Source: Alphaproteobacteria bacterium
GTDB taxonomy: Bacteria; Pseudomonadota; Alphaproteobacteria; Bin95
NCBI GenBank assembly: GCA_964291285.2
Contig: OZ219786.1
Location: forward strand, 320,001 to 384,000
Reading direction: 5' to 3'
Length of the DNA: 64,000 nucleotides
The notes below the pieces were generated by a model that worked only from the letters and a program-made list of their open reading frames with translations, searched no databases and had not been told where the DNA came from. This document shows positions 1 through 9,713 of the stretch, piece by piece. The position numbers and the translations under genes were made by a program. Position 1 is the first letter of the stretch. Each line of letters starts with the position of its first letter.

Positions 1-802
1 CCTTTCCCTGCTGGCCCACGCCTATGCGGGGCCGGGCGACGAGGTGATCTACCCGGAGCACGGGTTCGCCATGTATCCGATCGCCACGCGCGCGGCGGGC
101 GCCCATCCGGTCGTGGCGCCCGAGCGCGACTTCACCACCGATGTCGATGCGATCCTGGCGGCGGTCACGACGCGCACGAAGCTGGTCTTCGTCGCCAACC
201 CGAACAACCCGACCGGAACCTATATCTCCGGCGAAGAACTGGCCCGGCTGCGCGACGGGCTGCCGGAGAGCGTGTTGCTGGTGGTGGACGCTGCCTACGC
301 CGAATATGTCGGCCGCAACGACTATGCGGACGGGCGCGAACTGGTCGAAGTCGGCGGCAACACGGTCATGACGCGCACTTTCTCCAAGATCTACGGGCTG
401 GCGGCGCTCAGGCTCGGCTGGGCCTATTGTCCGCCCAATGTTGTGGATGTGCTGCAGCGGGTGCGGGGGCCGTTCAATGTCAACGCTGCGGCTCAGGCCG
501 CCGGCGTGGCGGCGATACGGGACGCCGGATATGTCGAATTCTCGCGCGTACACAATGACAAGTGGCTTCCCTGGTTGACGGATGAGGTCCGGGCTCTGGG
601 CTTCGAGGTGCTGCCGAGCGTCGGCAATTTCATCCTGATCCGCTTCCCGGACGTGGAGGCCGCCCTGGCCGCCCTGCAGAGACATGGGGTGATCCCGCGC
701 CGCGTCGCGGGCTACGGCTTCCCGGACGGCCTGCGGATAACGGTGGGGCGGGAAGAAGACAACCGCGCCGTCGTCGCCGCCCTCAGGACGCTCGTTTCGT
801 GA
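1..802 (+). CDS. hisC: Histidinol-phosphate aminotransferase (5' end outside window)
   Basis: NPNNPTG, DAAYAEY and [19 protein letters not shown] motifs; frame is open at the window edge; directly upstream of tyrC. Confidence 0.93.
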   Translation, partial: LSLLAHAYAGPGDEVIYPEHGFAMYPIATRAAGAHPVVAPERDFTTDVDAILAAVTTRTKLVFVANPNNPTGTYISGEELARLRDGLPESVLLVVDAAYAEYVGRNDYADGRELVEVGGNTVMTRTFSKIYGLAALRLGWAYCPPNVVDVLQRVRGPFNVNAAAQAAGVAAIRDAGYVEFSRVHNDKWLPWLTDEVRALGFEVLPSVGNFILIRFPDVEAALAALQRHGVIPRRVAGYGFPDGLRITVGREEDNRAVVAALRTLVS

Positions 803-1683
803 CCGAGCCGATGTTCGAGCGGGTCGCGCTGATCGGGATCGGCCTGATCGGTTCGTCCCTGGCGAGGGTGATGCAGCGGGACAGCCTCGCCGGCAGCATC
901 GTCGCCTGCGCCCGGCGCGCGGAAACGCTGGCCGCCGTCGAGAGGCTCGGGATCGCCGACGACACGACCCACGACCCGGCGGAGGCCGCCGACGGGGCCG
1001 ACCTCGTGGTCGTCTGCACGCCTATCGGCGCCTATGCGGCCATCGGCGAGGCCATTGCGCCCCGGCTCCGGAGCGGAGCGATTGTCAGCGACGTCGGCTC
1101 GGTAAAGCAGACGGTGGTCCGCGACCTCGGCCCTCACATCCCGGAGGGGGTGCATTTCGTGCCGGCGCACCCCGTAGCGGGCACCGAGCATTCCGGGCCC
1201 GAAGCCGGGTTCGCCGAACTCTTCCAGGGCCGCTGGTGCATTCTCACCCCGCCGCCCGGCACGGCGCCCGAGGCGGTCGAGAAGGTCGGAGAGCTGTGGC
1301 GCCGGGCCGGCATGATGCTGGAAACCATGACCCCGGCCCACCACGACCACGTGCTCGCGATCACCTCCCACCTTCCCCATCTGGTCGCCTTCTCGATCGT
1401 GGGAACCGCCGCCGACCTGGAACAGGACCTTCGCCAGGAAGTCATCAAGTTTGCGGCCAGCGGCTTCCGGGACTTCACCCGTATCGCGGCCAGCGACCCG
1501 GTCATGTGGCGCGACATCTTCCTCAACAACCGCCACGCGCTGCTGGATGTATGCGGCCGGCTGCTAGAGGACATTTCCCGCCTCCAGCGCGCCATACGCT
1601 GGGGCGAGGGCGAGGAGATCGAGCAGTTGATCGAAGCCTCGCGCGAAATCAGGCGGAGCCTGATCGACGCCAAACAGGCATGA
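799..1683 (+). CDS. tyrC: Prephenate/arogenate (cyclohexadienyl) dehydrogenase
   Basis: GIGLIGSS Rossmann motif, [31 protein letters not shown]; GTGA overlap with hisC. Confidence 0.92.
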   Translation: MTEPMFERVALIGIGLIGSSLARVMQRDSLAGSIVACARRAETLAAVERLGIADDTTHDPAEAADGADLVVVCTPIGAYAAIGEAIAPRLRSGAIVSDVGSVKQTVVRDLGPHIPEGVHFVPAHPVAGTEHSGPEAGFAELFQGRWCILTPPPGTAPEAVEKVGELWRRAGMMLETMTPAHHDHVLAITSHLPHLVAFSIVGTAADLEQDLRQEVIKFAASGFRDFTRIAASDPVMWRDIFLNNRHALLDVCGRLLEDISRLQRAIRWGEGEEIEQLIEASREIRRSLIDAKQA

Positions 1684-2456
1684 CGGCCGTCGCCGAGCGC
1701 GCCTTCCGCGGTGAGCTCATCACCTTCCGGCGGCTTGATGCGCTCGACGCCTTGCTCGACCACGCGCGCGAGGCCGCCTTCGCCGCCTTCGAGGACCCGG
1801 TTCGGGACGAAGGCCGGCTGGACAGCGGGCTATGGCGCGAGAAGGCCGTGGCGGCGCGGCGCAGCTTCATGCACTCGGAGGCTGTGCCCGGCCTCCTGCG
1901 CAATCTCTTTACCGGGCTCGGCTTCGACCCGGAGACGACCTACCGCGACCGCGCGATCCTGCGCTTCCAGCCGGGGCGGGCGGCCTGCCGGACGCGCCGC
2001 CTGCGCGACCTGCCGCCGCACCGCGACAGCTGGGGCTCCAACATCATGACCCAGTTGAACTGGTGGGCGCCGGTGTTTCCGGTCCAGCCCGGCGCGACGA
2101 TGGAGATATGGCCCGGCTATTTCGACCGCCCGGTGCCCAACAGCAGCGCCGACTGGGACATCGACGCGCTCCGCGCCGCCAAAGGCAGTTATCCGCTGCT
2201 GCCGGAAGCCTCCCGGCCGGAAGAGGAAGGCGACCCCGTGCTGATCGAGCCCGGGGGACTGCTCTGCTTCTCCGCCGCGCATCTCCACGCCAGCCGGCCC
2301 AACGCGACCGGGCGCACGCGCATCAGTATCGACCTGCGCACCGTCGATGTCTCGGACGGCCCCGGCGCGCCCAATGTGGACGGCTGCGCGCGCCATACCG
2401 CCTATGACTGGTTCCACCGCCTCTCGGACGGCGCCTGCCTCGCCTCGGCCAGATAG
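1680..2456 (+). CDS. Hypothetical protein, probable 2OG-Fe(II)/PhyH-like dioxygenase
   Basis: ATG 1680 overlaps the tyrC stop; HRDSW (HxD), LNWWAP, distal HLHAS and RISIDLR fit the double-stranded beta-helix facial triad. Confidence 0.6.
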   Translation: MTAVAERAFRGELITFRRLDALDALLDHAREAAFAAFEDPVRDEGRLDSGLWREKAVAARRSFMHSEAVPGLLRNLFTGLGFDPETTYRDRAILRFQPGRAACRTRRLRDLPPHRDSWGSNIMTQLNWWAPVFPVQPGATMEIWPGYFDRPVPNSSADWDIDALRAAKGSYPLLPEASRPEEEGDPVLIEPGGLLCFSAAHLHASRPNATGRTRISIDLRTVDVSDGPGAPNVDGCARHTAYDWFHRLSDGACLASAR

Positions 2457-3205
2457 GCCGCCGTCTCCGCAAAGCCCCCGAACGGGAAGAAATGCAGGCC
2501 TTCCACGGACGGGGGCGAATCCCGCAGACCCGCAATCGGGGCGGCCGGAGTCCAGCGGCCGGCCATGCGCAGCAGGCGCCCGTCGCGCCACAGGCCGCGG
2601 AGCGAGCGCCCGACGCCGCACATCTTCGCGTATTTCAGCAACGCGCCGGGGCTCGCCACGCCGGGCAGTCCCACCCGGATCGGAGCGGTATTGCCGAGAC
2701 GCGCAATCCGTCCTTCCCAATCCAGCAGGGCTTCGGCCTCGAACACGAACTGCGTGACAATCGCGGCCTCGGCGCCGGCGGTGCGCGCCCTTGCGATCTT
2801 TGCGAGCAGCGCGGCGTCGCGGTCCTCCTCCGGGTGGCCGGCGAAATAGAGCCGTTCGAACCGCCCCGCCGCCGGCCCGATCAGGTCGCCCGCCTCGGAA
2901 AACGGACCAAGCGGCCCGCTGCGGTCTCCGCCGACCAGCAACGCCTCCCGCACGCCGACCGTGCGCAGGGCATCCAGATGCACGTCCAGCGCGGCCCGGC
3001 TCTCCAGATGGCGGGCGCCGATATGCGGCACCGGGGCCATCCCTGCACCCGCCAGGCGCGCCGCCGTCCTGACGATGTCGTGGAGCGCGCCATCCGGCAG
3101 ATGGGTGATGAAGACGCGCGTGCCCTGGGGCACCAGCGCCGCGAAGGAGCCGACCTTCCGGGCGCCGCCCGGTGTCGTCTCGATTGAAAAGCCGTCGATC
3201 TTCAT
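2402..3205 (-). CDS. Methylenetetrahydrofolate reductase-like (MetF family) protein
   Basis: FSIETTP start, PVPHIGAR, LLVGGD, AGHPE, IVTQFVF, GLHFFPFGG; start taken at ATG 3205. Confidence 0.8.
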   Translation of the reverse strand: MKIDGFSIETTPGGARKVGSFAALVPQGTRVFITHLPDGALHDIVRTAARLAGAGMAPVPHIGARHLESRAALDVHLDALRTVGVREALLVGGDRSGPLGPFSEAGDLIGPAAGRFERLYFAGHPEEDRDAALLAKIARARTAGAEAAIVTQFVFEAEALLDWEGRIARLGNTAPIRVGLPGVASPGALLKYAKMCGVGRSLRGLWRDGRLLRMAGRWTPAAPIAGLRDSPPSVEGLHFFPFGGFAETAAYLAEARQAPSERRWNQS

Positions 3206-3374
3206 GCGGGGGAAGGTCCCGCGCCGATGCAGCCGCCTGCGGTCCACGCGCGACGAAGAGTTTCCCCTATGCGACAGCCTGTCGTGACGGGCATATTCGA
3301 TGTCGCGAATGGAACGCTTGCCGGCGGCAGCTTGCGGCAGGTTCCGCAGACCGATGAGGGAAGGAGCCCAGTCC

Positions 3375-5807
3375 ATGCGCACTCATGCCCGGGCAGTGGT
3401 TGTCGGCGGCGGCTGCGTCGGCGTCTCAATCGCCTACCACCTCGCAAAGCTGGGTTGGTCGGACACGGTATTGCTGGAGAAGTCCGAATTGACGGCCGGC
3501 TCCACATGGCATGCAGCGGGCCTGCTGCCGCTCTTCAACATGAGCTACAGCGTCGGCCAGATCCACAAATACTCGGTCGATCTCTACAAGACGCTCGAAG
3601 CCGAGACCGGGCAGGATGTGAGCTTCCACGTCACCGGCAATCTCAGGCTGGCGACCAATCGCGACCGCATGGACGAGTACCGCAAATACTGCGGCACCGC
3701 GAACACCATCGGCGTGCCGTTCGAGATGATCGGGCTCGACGACATCCGTGCGCTCTGGCCGCTGGCGAACACGCAGGGGCTGGTGGGCGCCCTCTTCCAC
3801 CCGCATGACGGCCATGTAGCTCCGGTGGACCTGACCAATGCGCTGGCGGCCGGCGCCCGCGCCGGCGGTGCGGAGATCCACCGGCACACCAAGGTCGTGG
3901 ATATCCGGCCGGAGCCGGACGGCGCCTGGCGGGTCGTCACGGACAAGGGCGAGATCGTCGCCGAGCATGTCGTGACGGCGACCGGCGCCTGGTGCCGCCA
4001 GACGCTGGCGATGGTCGGGATCGACGTGCCTGTCATCCCGGTGGAGCACCAGTATATCGTCACCGACTCCCACCCCGCGCTCACGGCCCGCCATGCCGAA
4101 GGGCTGCCGGAGATGCCGGTGCTGCGGGAGAGCGACGCCTCCTACTATCTGCGCGAGGAACGCGACGGGCTGATACTCGGCCCCTATGAAGCGGGCGCGC
4201 CGGCCTGCTTCGTGGACGGCGTGCCGGACGATTTCGGCCAGGAGCTGTTCCCCGGCGACCTGGAGCGGCTCGAGCCCCATGTCGAGGCGGCCATCGCTCG
4301 GGTGCCGATCTTCGGCGAGGCCGGCGTCAAGGATGTGGTGAACGGCGCCATTCCCTACACCCCGGACGGCAACCCGCTGATCGGCCCCGCATACGGGCTC
4401 AGGAACTTCTGGCTCGCCGAGGGCTTCAGCTTCGGCGTAACGGCGGCGGGCGGTGCCGGGCGCTTCCTCGCGGAATGGATGGAAGACGGCGAGCCGCCCA
4501 TAGACATGCTCGCCGTGGACCCCCGCCGTTTCGGCGCCTACGCCAACAAGAGCTATGCGGTCGAGAAGAACGAGGAAGCCTACCGCAACGTCTTCACCGT
4601 CCACTATCCCGACGAGGAGCGCCCCGCGGCAAGGCCGGCGAAGACGAGCCCCGTCCACAGCCGGCACGAGGCGGCCCGCGCCGTGTTCGGGCAGCGCTAC
4701 GGGTGGGAGCGGCCCAACTGGTTCGCACCTGCCGGGACGCCTGCCTGCGACGAGTGGAGCTTCCGGCGCACCAACTGGTTCGGCCCCGTCGGCGAGGAAT
4801 GCCGGCGCGCGCGCGAACGTGTCGGGCTGATCGACATCACCAGCTTTTCGAAGTTCCGGGTCTCGGGCTCCGGCGCTGAGTCCTTCCTCGACGGCCTGCT
4901 GGCGAACCGGATGCCAAAGAGGACGGGCGCGCTCCGCCTGGGCCATGCCCTGACCTCGACCGGCGGCGTCCGCTCGGAATTCTCGATCATGCGCGACGGG
5001 CCGGAAGAGTTCTATCTCGTGTCCTCCGGGGCCGCGGAGCGCTTCGACCACGACTATCTCGCCAAGGCCCTGCCCGGCGACGGTTCGGTCAGCCTGGACA
5101 ACATCACCGAACGCCACGGCGTGCTGGTGCTGGTAGGGCCTCGATCCCGCGACGTGTTGCAGAAGCTGACCCACACCGACCTCTCCAACGAGGCTTTCCC
5201 CTGGCTTACCGGCCGTCATATCCGCGTCGGCATGGCCCCGGTGCGTGCGCTCAGGGTCAATTTCGTGGGCGAACTCGGGTGGGAACTCCACCATCCGATC
5301 GAATACCAGACCGGACTCTATGACGCGCTCATGGCGGCAGGGGCGGAGTACGGCATTGGCGGCGTCGGCATGCGGGCGATGGAATCCCTCCGCGTGGAGA
5401 AATCCTACCGCATGTGGGGCATGGACCTGACGACGGAATATTCCGCCTTCGAAGCCGGGCTGGACCGTTTCGTAGCCCTGAACAAGCCGGACTTCATCGG
5501 CCGCGACGCGCTCGTCCGGCAGCGGGAGGAAGGCGTGCCGCAAGCGTTCGTGACCCTGGAAGTGGACGCGGAAGACGCGGACCCCTGGGGCAACGAGCCG
5601 CTATACCTGGACGGAGAGATGGTCGGCCGGGCGACCTCCGGCGTTTACGGCCATACTGTCGGCCGGAGCCTGGCCCTGGCTTATCTGCGCCCCGAGGCGG
5701 CGGCGATTGGCACCGGGCTCACCATCGACATCCTCGGCGCGCAGAGACCGGCCCGCGTCATCCCGGAATCGCCCCACGACCCCGAAAACGAGCGGCTCAG
5801 GGCGTAG
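3375..5807 (+). CDS. FAD-dependent oxidoreductase/GcvT fusion (dimethylglycine/sarcosine dehydrogenase family)
   Basis: GGGCVG, ELTAGSTWHAAG, YGWERPNWF, FVGELGWELH, SLRVEKSYR; AAGGAG RBS before ATG 3375. Confidence 0.9.
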   Translation: MRTHARAVVVGGGCVGVSIAYHLAKLGWSDTVLLEKSELTAGSTWHAAGLLPLFNMSYSVGQIHKYSVDLYKTLEAETGQDVSFHVTGNLRLATNRDRMDEYRKYCGTANTIGVPFEMIGLDDIRALWPLANTQGLVGALFHPHDGHVAPVDLTNALAAGARAGGAEIHRHTKVVDIRPEPDGAWRVVTDKGEIVAEHVVTATGAWCRQTLAMVGIDVPVIPVEHQYIVTDSHPALTARHAEGLPEMPVLRESDASYYLREERDGLILGPYEAGAPACFVDGVPDDFGQELFPGDLERLEPHVEAAIARVPIFGEAGVKDVVNGAIPYTPDGNPLIGPAYGLRNFWLAEGFSFGVTAAGGAGRFLAEWMEDGEPPIDMLAVDPRRFGAYANKSYAVEKNEEAYRNVFTVHYPDEERPAARPAKTSPVHSRHEAARAVFGQRYGWERPNWFAPAGTPACDEWSFRRTNWFGPVGEECRRARERVGLIDITSFSKFRVSGSGAESFLDGLLANRMPKRTGALRLGHALTSTGGVRSEFSIMRDGPEEFYLVSSGAAERFDHDYLAKALPGDGSVSLDNITERHGVLVLVGPRSRDVLQKLTHTDLSNEAFPWLTGRHIRVGMAPVRALRVNFVGELGWELHHPIEYQTGLYDALMAAGAEYGIGGVGMRAMESLRVEKSYRMWGMDLTTEYSAFEAGLDRFVALNKPDFIGRDALVRQREEGVPQAFVTLEVDAEDADPWGNEPLYLDGEMVGRATSGVYGHTVGRSLALAYLRPEAAAIGTGLTIDILGAQRPARVIPESPHDPENERLRA

Positions 5808-6894
5808 ATGCCCCGTCTCCAAGGGAGATCCCGAGCGAACGCGCGGTGTGCACCAGCGGGCCGTCCAGATCGACGGCGGCGTAGGTCCTGATCGCATCTT
5901 CCAGCGGCACGTCGATAACGGTCCGGTTGCGCCACGCCACCAGCCGGTCGTGGCGGCCCTCCGCCAGGACATCCACGGCGTGAATGCCGAACGCGGAAGC
6001 GATGAGCCGGTCCTGGGCTATCGGCTTGCCGCCGCGCTGGATATGCCCGAGCACCGCAACGCGCGTCTCCGCGCCGGTCATCTCCTCCAGCCGGGCCGCC
6101 ACCCAATGCCCGATGCCCCCGTAGCTCGCCGTCTCGCCGGCGGCCTGGCGCACGGCCTCGCCCGTTTCGGTGCGCACGGCCTCCGCAACGACCACCAGCG
6201 CGAAATTGCGTCCATGCGCCTTAAGCGCCTGTATCTTCGCGGCGACATGCGCGAGGTCGGCCGGAATCTCCGGTATCAGGATGGCGTCCGCGCCGCCGGC
6301 AATGCCCGCCGAGAGCGCGATATGGCCGGCATCCCGGCCCATCACCTCCAGCACCATTACCCGGTCGTGGCTCGCCGCCGTCGGCTGCAGATGGTCGAGC
6401 GCCTCGGTGGCGGCTGCAACGGCGCTGGCATGGCCGACGGCCGACTCGGTCGAACCCACATCGTTGTCGATGGTCTTCGGGATGCCGACCAGGCGGATGC
6501 CGCCCTGCTGCGCCAGCCGGCGCAATATCGCGAAGCTCCCGTCGCCGCCAATGCCGATCAGCGCGTCCAGCCTCAATTGCCGGTAGCCATCGATGATCTC
6601 CTCGGACCGGTCGATCCTGGAGCCGTCGGGCATGGGGTAGTCGAAAGCGTCGCCCTTGTTGGTCGTGCCCAGCACGGTGCCGCCCATGCGAAGCAGCTGG
6701 CCCGTAAAACGCCTCGGGTCCAGCGTCTCGTATTGCAGTGGCCGCGACAACAGGCCGAGCGTGCCCTTCTGGATGCCGACGACCGTCCATCCGAGGTTCT
6801 CGTGCGCATGCAGCGTCACGGCCCGGACGGCGGCATTCAGCCCGGCGCAGTCGCCGCCGCTGGTCAGGATTCCAATGCGCCTTATCTCGCTCAC
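5797..6894 (-). CDS. pfkA: 6-phosphofructokinase
   Basis: TSGGDCAGLNA, IGGDGS, PKTIDND, EVMGRDAG, LGHIQRGG; GTG start at 6894. Confidence 0.93.
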   Translation of the reverse strand: MSEIRRIGILTSGGDCAGLNAAVRAVTLHAHENLGWTVVGIQKGTLGLLSRPLQYETLDPRRFTGQLLRMGGTVLGTTNKGDAFDYPMPDGSRIDRSEEIIDGYRQLRLDALIGIGGDGSFAILRRLAQQGGIRLVGIPKTIDNDVGSTESAVGHASAVAAATEALDHLQPTAASHDRVMVLEVMGRDAGHIALSAGIAGGADAILIPEIPADLAHVAAKIQALKAHGRNFALVVVAEAVRTETGEAVRQAAGETASYGGIGHWVAARLEEMTGAETRVAVLGHIQRGGKPIAQDRLIASAFGIHAVDVLAEGRHDRLVAWRNRTVIDVPLEDAIRTYAAVDLDGPLVHTARSLGISLGDGASTP

Positions 6895-6941
6895 CGTTCC
6901 AGCCTCTGCTATAGTGGATAGAGAGACGGAGCATAGGTGGA

Positions 6942-7151
6942 ATGTCCAGTCTGACGGAAGCCGACGCAAAAGCCGCGAGGCTCGCTGCGTTGCGTTCCGA
7001 ACATGCCGATCTCGACTATGCCATCGCCGCGCTCACCGAGAAGGTTCCGTTCGACCAGTTGCAGGTGCAGCGGTTGAAGAAACGAAAGTTGTGGCTGCGG
7101 GACATGATTGCGAGACTTGAGGCGCAAGGCCATCCGGACCTGATCGCCTGA
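6942..7151 (+). CDS. DUF465/YdcH family small coiled-coil protein
   Basis: EHADLD...RLKKRKLWLRD pattern; usual position upstream of purE in Alphaproteobacteria. Confidence 0.85.
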   Translation: MSSLTEADAKAARLAALRSEHADLDYAIAALTEKVPFDQLQVQRLKKRKLWLRDMIARLEAQGHPDLIA

Positions 7152-7211
7152 AGGGTATTTCCTGCGCCGGCCCGCCGCCGGCAGATTTCCAACAGCGAGA
7201 GGGACGGGATC

Positions 7212-7700
7212 ATGGGCGAGGCCGCCGTTCACATCGGTATCGTCATGGGCAGCCAGTCGGATTGGGCGGTGATGAAGCGGGCCTCGGAGACCCTCGAGGC
7301 GCTCGAGGTGGCGCATGAGTCGCGCATCGTCTCCGCGCACAGGACCCCCGACCGCCTCTACAGCTATGCCCGCTCGGCCCGCGACCGGGGCCTGATGGCG
7401 GTGATTGCAGGCGCGGGAGGTGCCGCGCACCTGCCCGGCATGGTGGCCTCCATGACGATCCTGCCGGTCTTCGGGGTGCCGATGCCGAGCCGGGCGCTGT
7501 CCGGCCTCGACAGCCTGCTTTCCATCGTGCAGATGCCGGCCGGAGTGCCGGTCGGCACGCTCGCCATAGGGGAAGCCGGCGCGGTCAATGCGGCACTTCT
7601 CGCGGCCGGCGTCGTCGCGCTTGGCGACCCGGCGCTTGCCGGACGGCTCCAGGCCTGGCGCGACCGGCAGACCGCCGCAGTCGCCGAAATGCCTCAATGA
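7212..7700 (+). CDS. purE: N5-carboxyaminoimidazole ribonucleotide mutase
   Basis: [35 protein letters not shown]. Confidence 0.97.
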   Translation: MGEAAVHIGIVMGSQSDWAVMKRASETLEALEVAHESRIVSAHRTPDRLYSYARSARDRGLMAVIAGAGGAAHLPGMVASMTILPVFGVPMPSRALSGLDSLLSIVQMPAGVPVGTLAIGEAGAVNAALLAAGVVALGDPALAGRLQAWRDRQTAAVAEMPQ

Positions 7701-8761
7701 CGCGCATTGCGCCGGGCGGCGCCATCGGCATTTTCGGCGGCGGCCAGCTCGGCCGCATGACCGCGCTCGCCGCAGCGCGCCTCGGCTATCGCTGCCATGT
7801 CTTCTGCCCCGAGACGGACAGCCCGGCGGCCGAAGTCTCGGCCGCGGCCACGGTCGCCGGCTACGACGACGCGGCGGCGCTCGATGCGTTCGCGGCGTCG
7901 ATAGACGTTGCAACCTTCGAGTTCGAGAACGTGCCCTACGAGGCCGTGGCCCGCGTGGCCGCGCAAGTGCCGGTGCGGCCCGGATGGGAGGCGCTTCGAA
8001 CCAGTCAGGACCGCGCCGTGGAGAAGCGCTTCCTAGGCGGCATCGGGCTCGAAACGCCCGACTGGATCGAAGTCCGCTCGGCCGCCGACCTCCGCCGTGC
8101 GCCCTGCCCCGGCATCCTCAAGACGGCAAGGCTCGGCTATGACGGCAAGGGGCAGTTCCGGCTCGACGAGGGCTTCGATGCCGACGCCGTCTGGGAAGCC
8201 TTCGGCGCCGAACGCGGCGTGGCCGAGGCGCTGGTCGATTTCTCGGCCGAGGTCTCGGCGATTGCGGCGCGGGGGGCGGACGGCTCCGTCGCCGTCTTCG
8301 ATGTCGGGCGGAACGACCACCGGGACGGCATACTGAGGCAGACGACGGTGCCCGCGCCGGTCCCGGACTCCCTGGCGGCGGAAGCGCAGGCGCTGGCGGC
8401 GCTGGCGGCGGAAGCGCTCGACCTTGTCGGACTTCTTGCGGTGGAGTTTTTCGTCACCCGCGACGGCAGGCTGCTTGCCAACGAGATCGCGCCCCGGCCG
8501 CACAATTCCGGCCACTGGACCCAGGACGCCTGCGGGACCGACCAGTTCGAGCAGTTCGTCCGCGCCGTCGCCGGCCTGCCGCTCGGCGACCCGGCGCGGC
8601 TGAGCGACGCCCGGATGGTCAACCTGCTCGGGGACGATGTCCGTTCATGGCCCGGCCTGCTGGCCGAACCGGGAGCCCGCCTCCACCTTTACGGGAAACG
8701 CGAGGTCCGGCCCGGCCGCAAGATGGGGCATGTGAACCGCCTCTCACCGAAATCGCGGTGA
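7697..8761 (+). CDS. purK: N5-carboxyaminoimidazole ribonucleotide synthase
   Basis: [42 protein letters not shown]. Confidence 0.96.
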   Translation: MTRIAPGGAIGIFGGGQLGRMTALAAARLGYRCHVFCPETDSPAAEVSAAATVAGYDDAAALDAFAASIDVATFEFENVPYEAVARVAAQVPVRPGWEALRTSQDRAVEKRFLGGIGLETPDWIEVRSAADLRRAPCPGILKTARLGYDGKGQFRLDEGFDADAVWEAFGAERGVAEALVDFSAEVSAIAARGADGSVAVFDVGRNDHRDGILRQTTVPAPVPDSLAAEAQALAALAAEALDLVGLLAVEFFVTRDGRLLANEIAPRPHNSGHWTQDACGTDQFEQFVRAVAGLPLGDPARLSDARMVNLLGDDVRSWPGLLAEPGARLHLYGKREVRPGRKMGHVNRLSPKSR

Positions 8762-9385
8762 AAAGGCCCGGAAGCGCGGCAACCGGCCGCCGCATCGCTG
8801 CAACCGCGCCCGCGCCTTGCCGATGCGCGCAACATCCTCGAGCCGGCGGTCCAGGAACGCCCAGGTCGCCTCCAGATCCTCGGACCGGTCGTTCAGCCAG
8901 ACTTGGAGAACCGCTGCGTAAAGGCCTGCCAAGGTCGCGCGCTTGGTGTAGTAGCTGAAGTCCGTGCTCCGGTCGTCGGCAAGCAGCCAGACCGCGTCCA
9001 CCGTGCGGTAGAGCGACCTCAGCGCCAGCGGCGCGTTATGCGGGAGCGACAGCCGGGCCGCAGCGCGGCGAATGGCCTCCCGGTCGGGCGCGTTCCGCTC
9101 CAGCCGCGCGCGAAGCGCAGCGCGTACGGTTGCGGCTGCGCCGGACGGAGCGGGTTCGAGCGCCGAAACGTCCTTGACCATCCGCCGGTCGGCGAGCGCC
9201 ATATGCACGTCGATCGCCTCCATCGGCCCGCGGGGAAAGAGCACCGCTGCCTCACGTTCGCCGAGGCCGGCAGCCCCGGCCCCGGCGCGGAGCACTGCCA
9301 TCGTCCAACCGTCGAAGGCGATGTGCGGCAAAGCCGCCTCCAGGACGCGCTCGCGCAACTGTTCCCTGCTCTCCTGTTCAACCAC
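8744..9385 (-). CDS. COQ9 family protein (rpsU-divergently transcribed)
   Basis: FDGWT, D.W..A.D.STDFSYYTKRATL, TWAFLDRR; divergent from rpsU. Confidence 0.9.
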   Translation of the reverse strand: MVEQESREQLRERVLEAALPHIAFDGWTMAVLRAGAGAAGLGEREAAVLFPRGPMEAIDVHMALADRRMVKDVSALEPAPSGAAATVRAALRARLERNAPDREAIRRAAARLSLPHNAPLALRSLYRTVDAVWLLADDRSTDFSYYTKRATLAGLYAAVLQVWLNDRSEDLEATWAFLDRRLEDVARIGKARARLQRCGGRLPRFRAFSPRFR

Positions 9386-9502
9386 GGCGCACCTGCCCCG
9401 GTGGCGGACATATGGCCCATGCCGGTCCGCCCTTCTGCATTGCTGTCCTCCGTGCTATAAACACGCCCCTTCGAACCAATGCCAAAGGAGCAGTGAGCAC
9501 CC

Positions 9503-9706
9503 GTGCATGTTACCGTTCGCGACAACAATGTCGATCAGGCGCTGAGGGCGCTGAAGAAGAAAATGCAGCGCGAAGGCATTTTTCGGGAAATGAAATTGCG
9601 CCGCTCTTATGAAAAGCCTTCTGAAAAGCGCGCAAGGGAACAGGCGGAGGCCGTGCGCCGCCATCGCAAGCTGATGCGCAAGCGTCTGGAGCGCGAGGGA
9701 TACTAA
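9503..9706 (+). CDS. rpsU: 30S ribosomal protein S21
   Basis: [21 protein letters not shown]...YEKPSE; AAGGAG RBS. Confidence 0.98.
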   Translation: MHVTVRDNNVDQALRALKKKMQREGIFREMKLRRSYEKPSEKRAREQAEAVRRHRKLMRKRLEREGY

Positions 9707-9713
9707 TCCGGTC

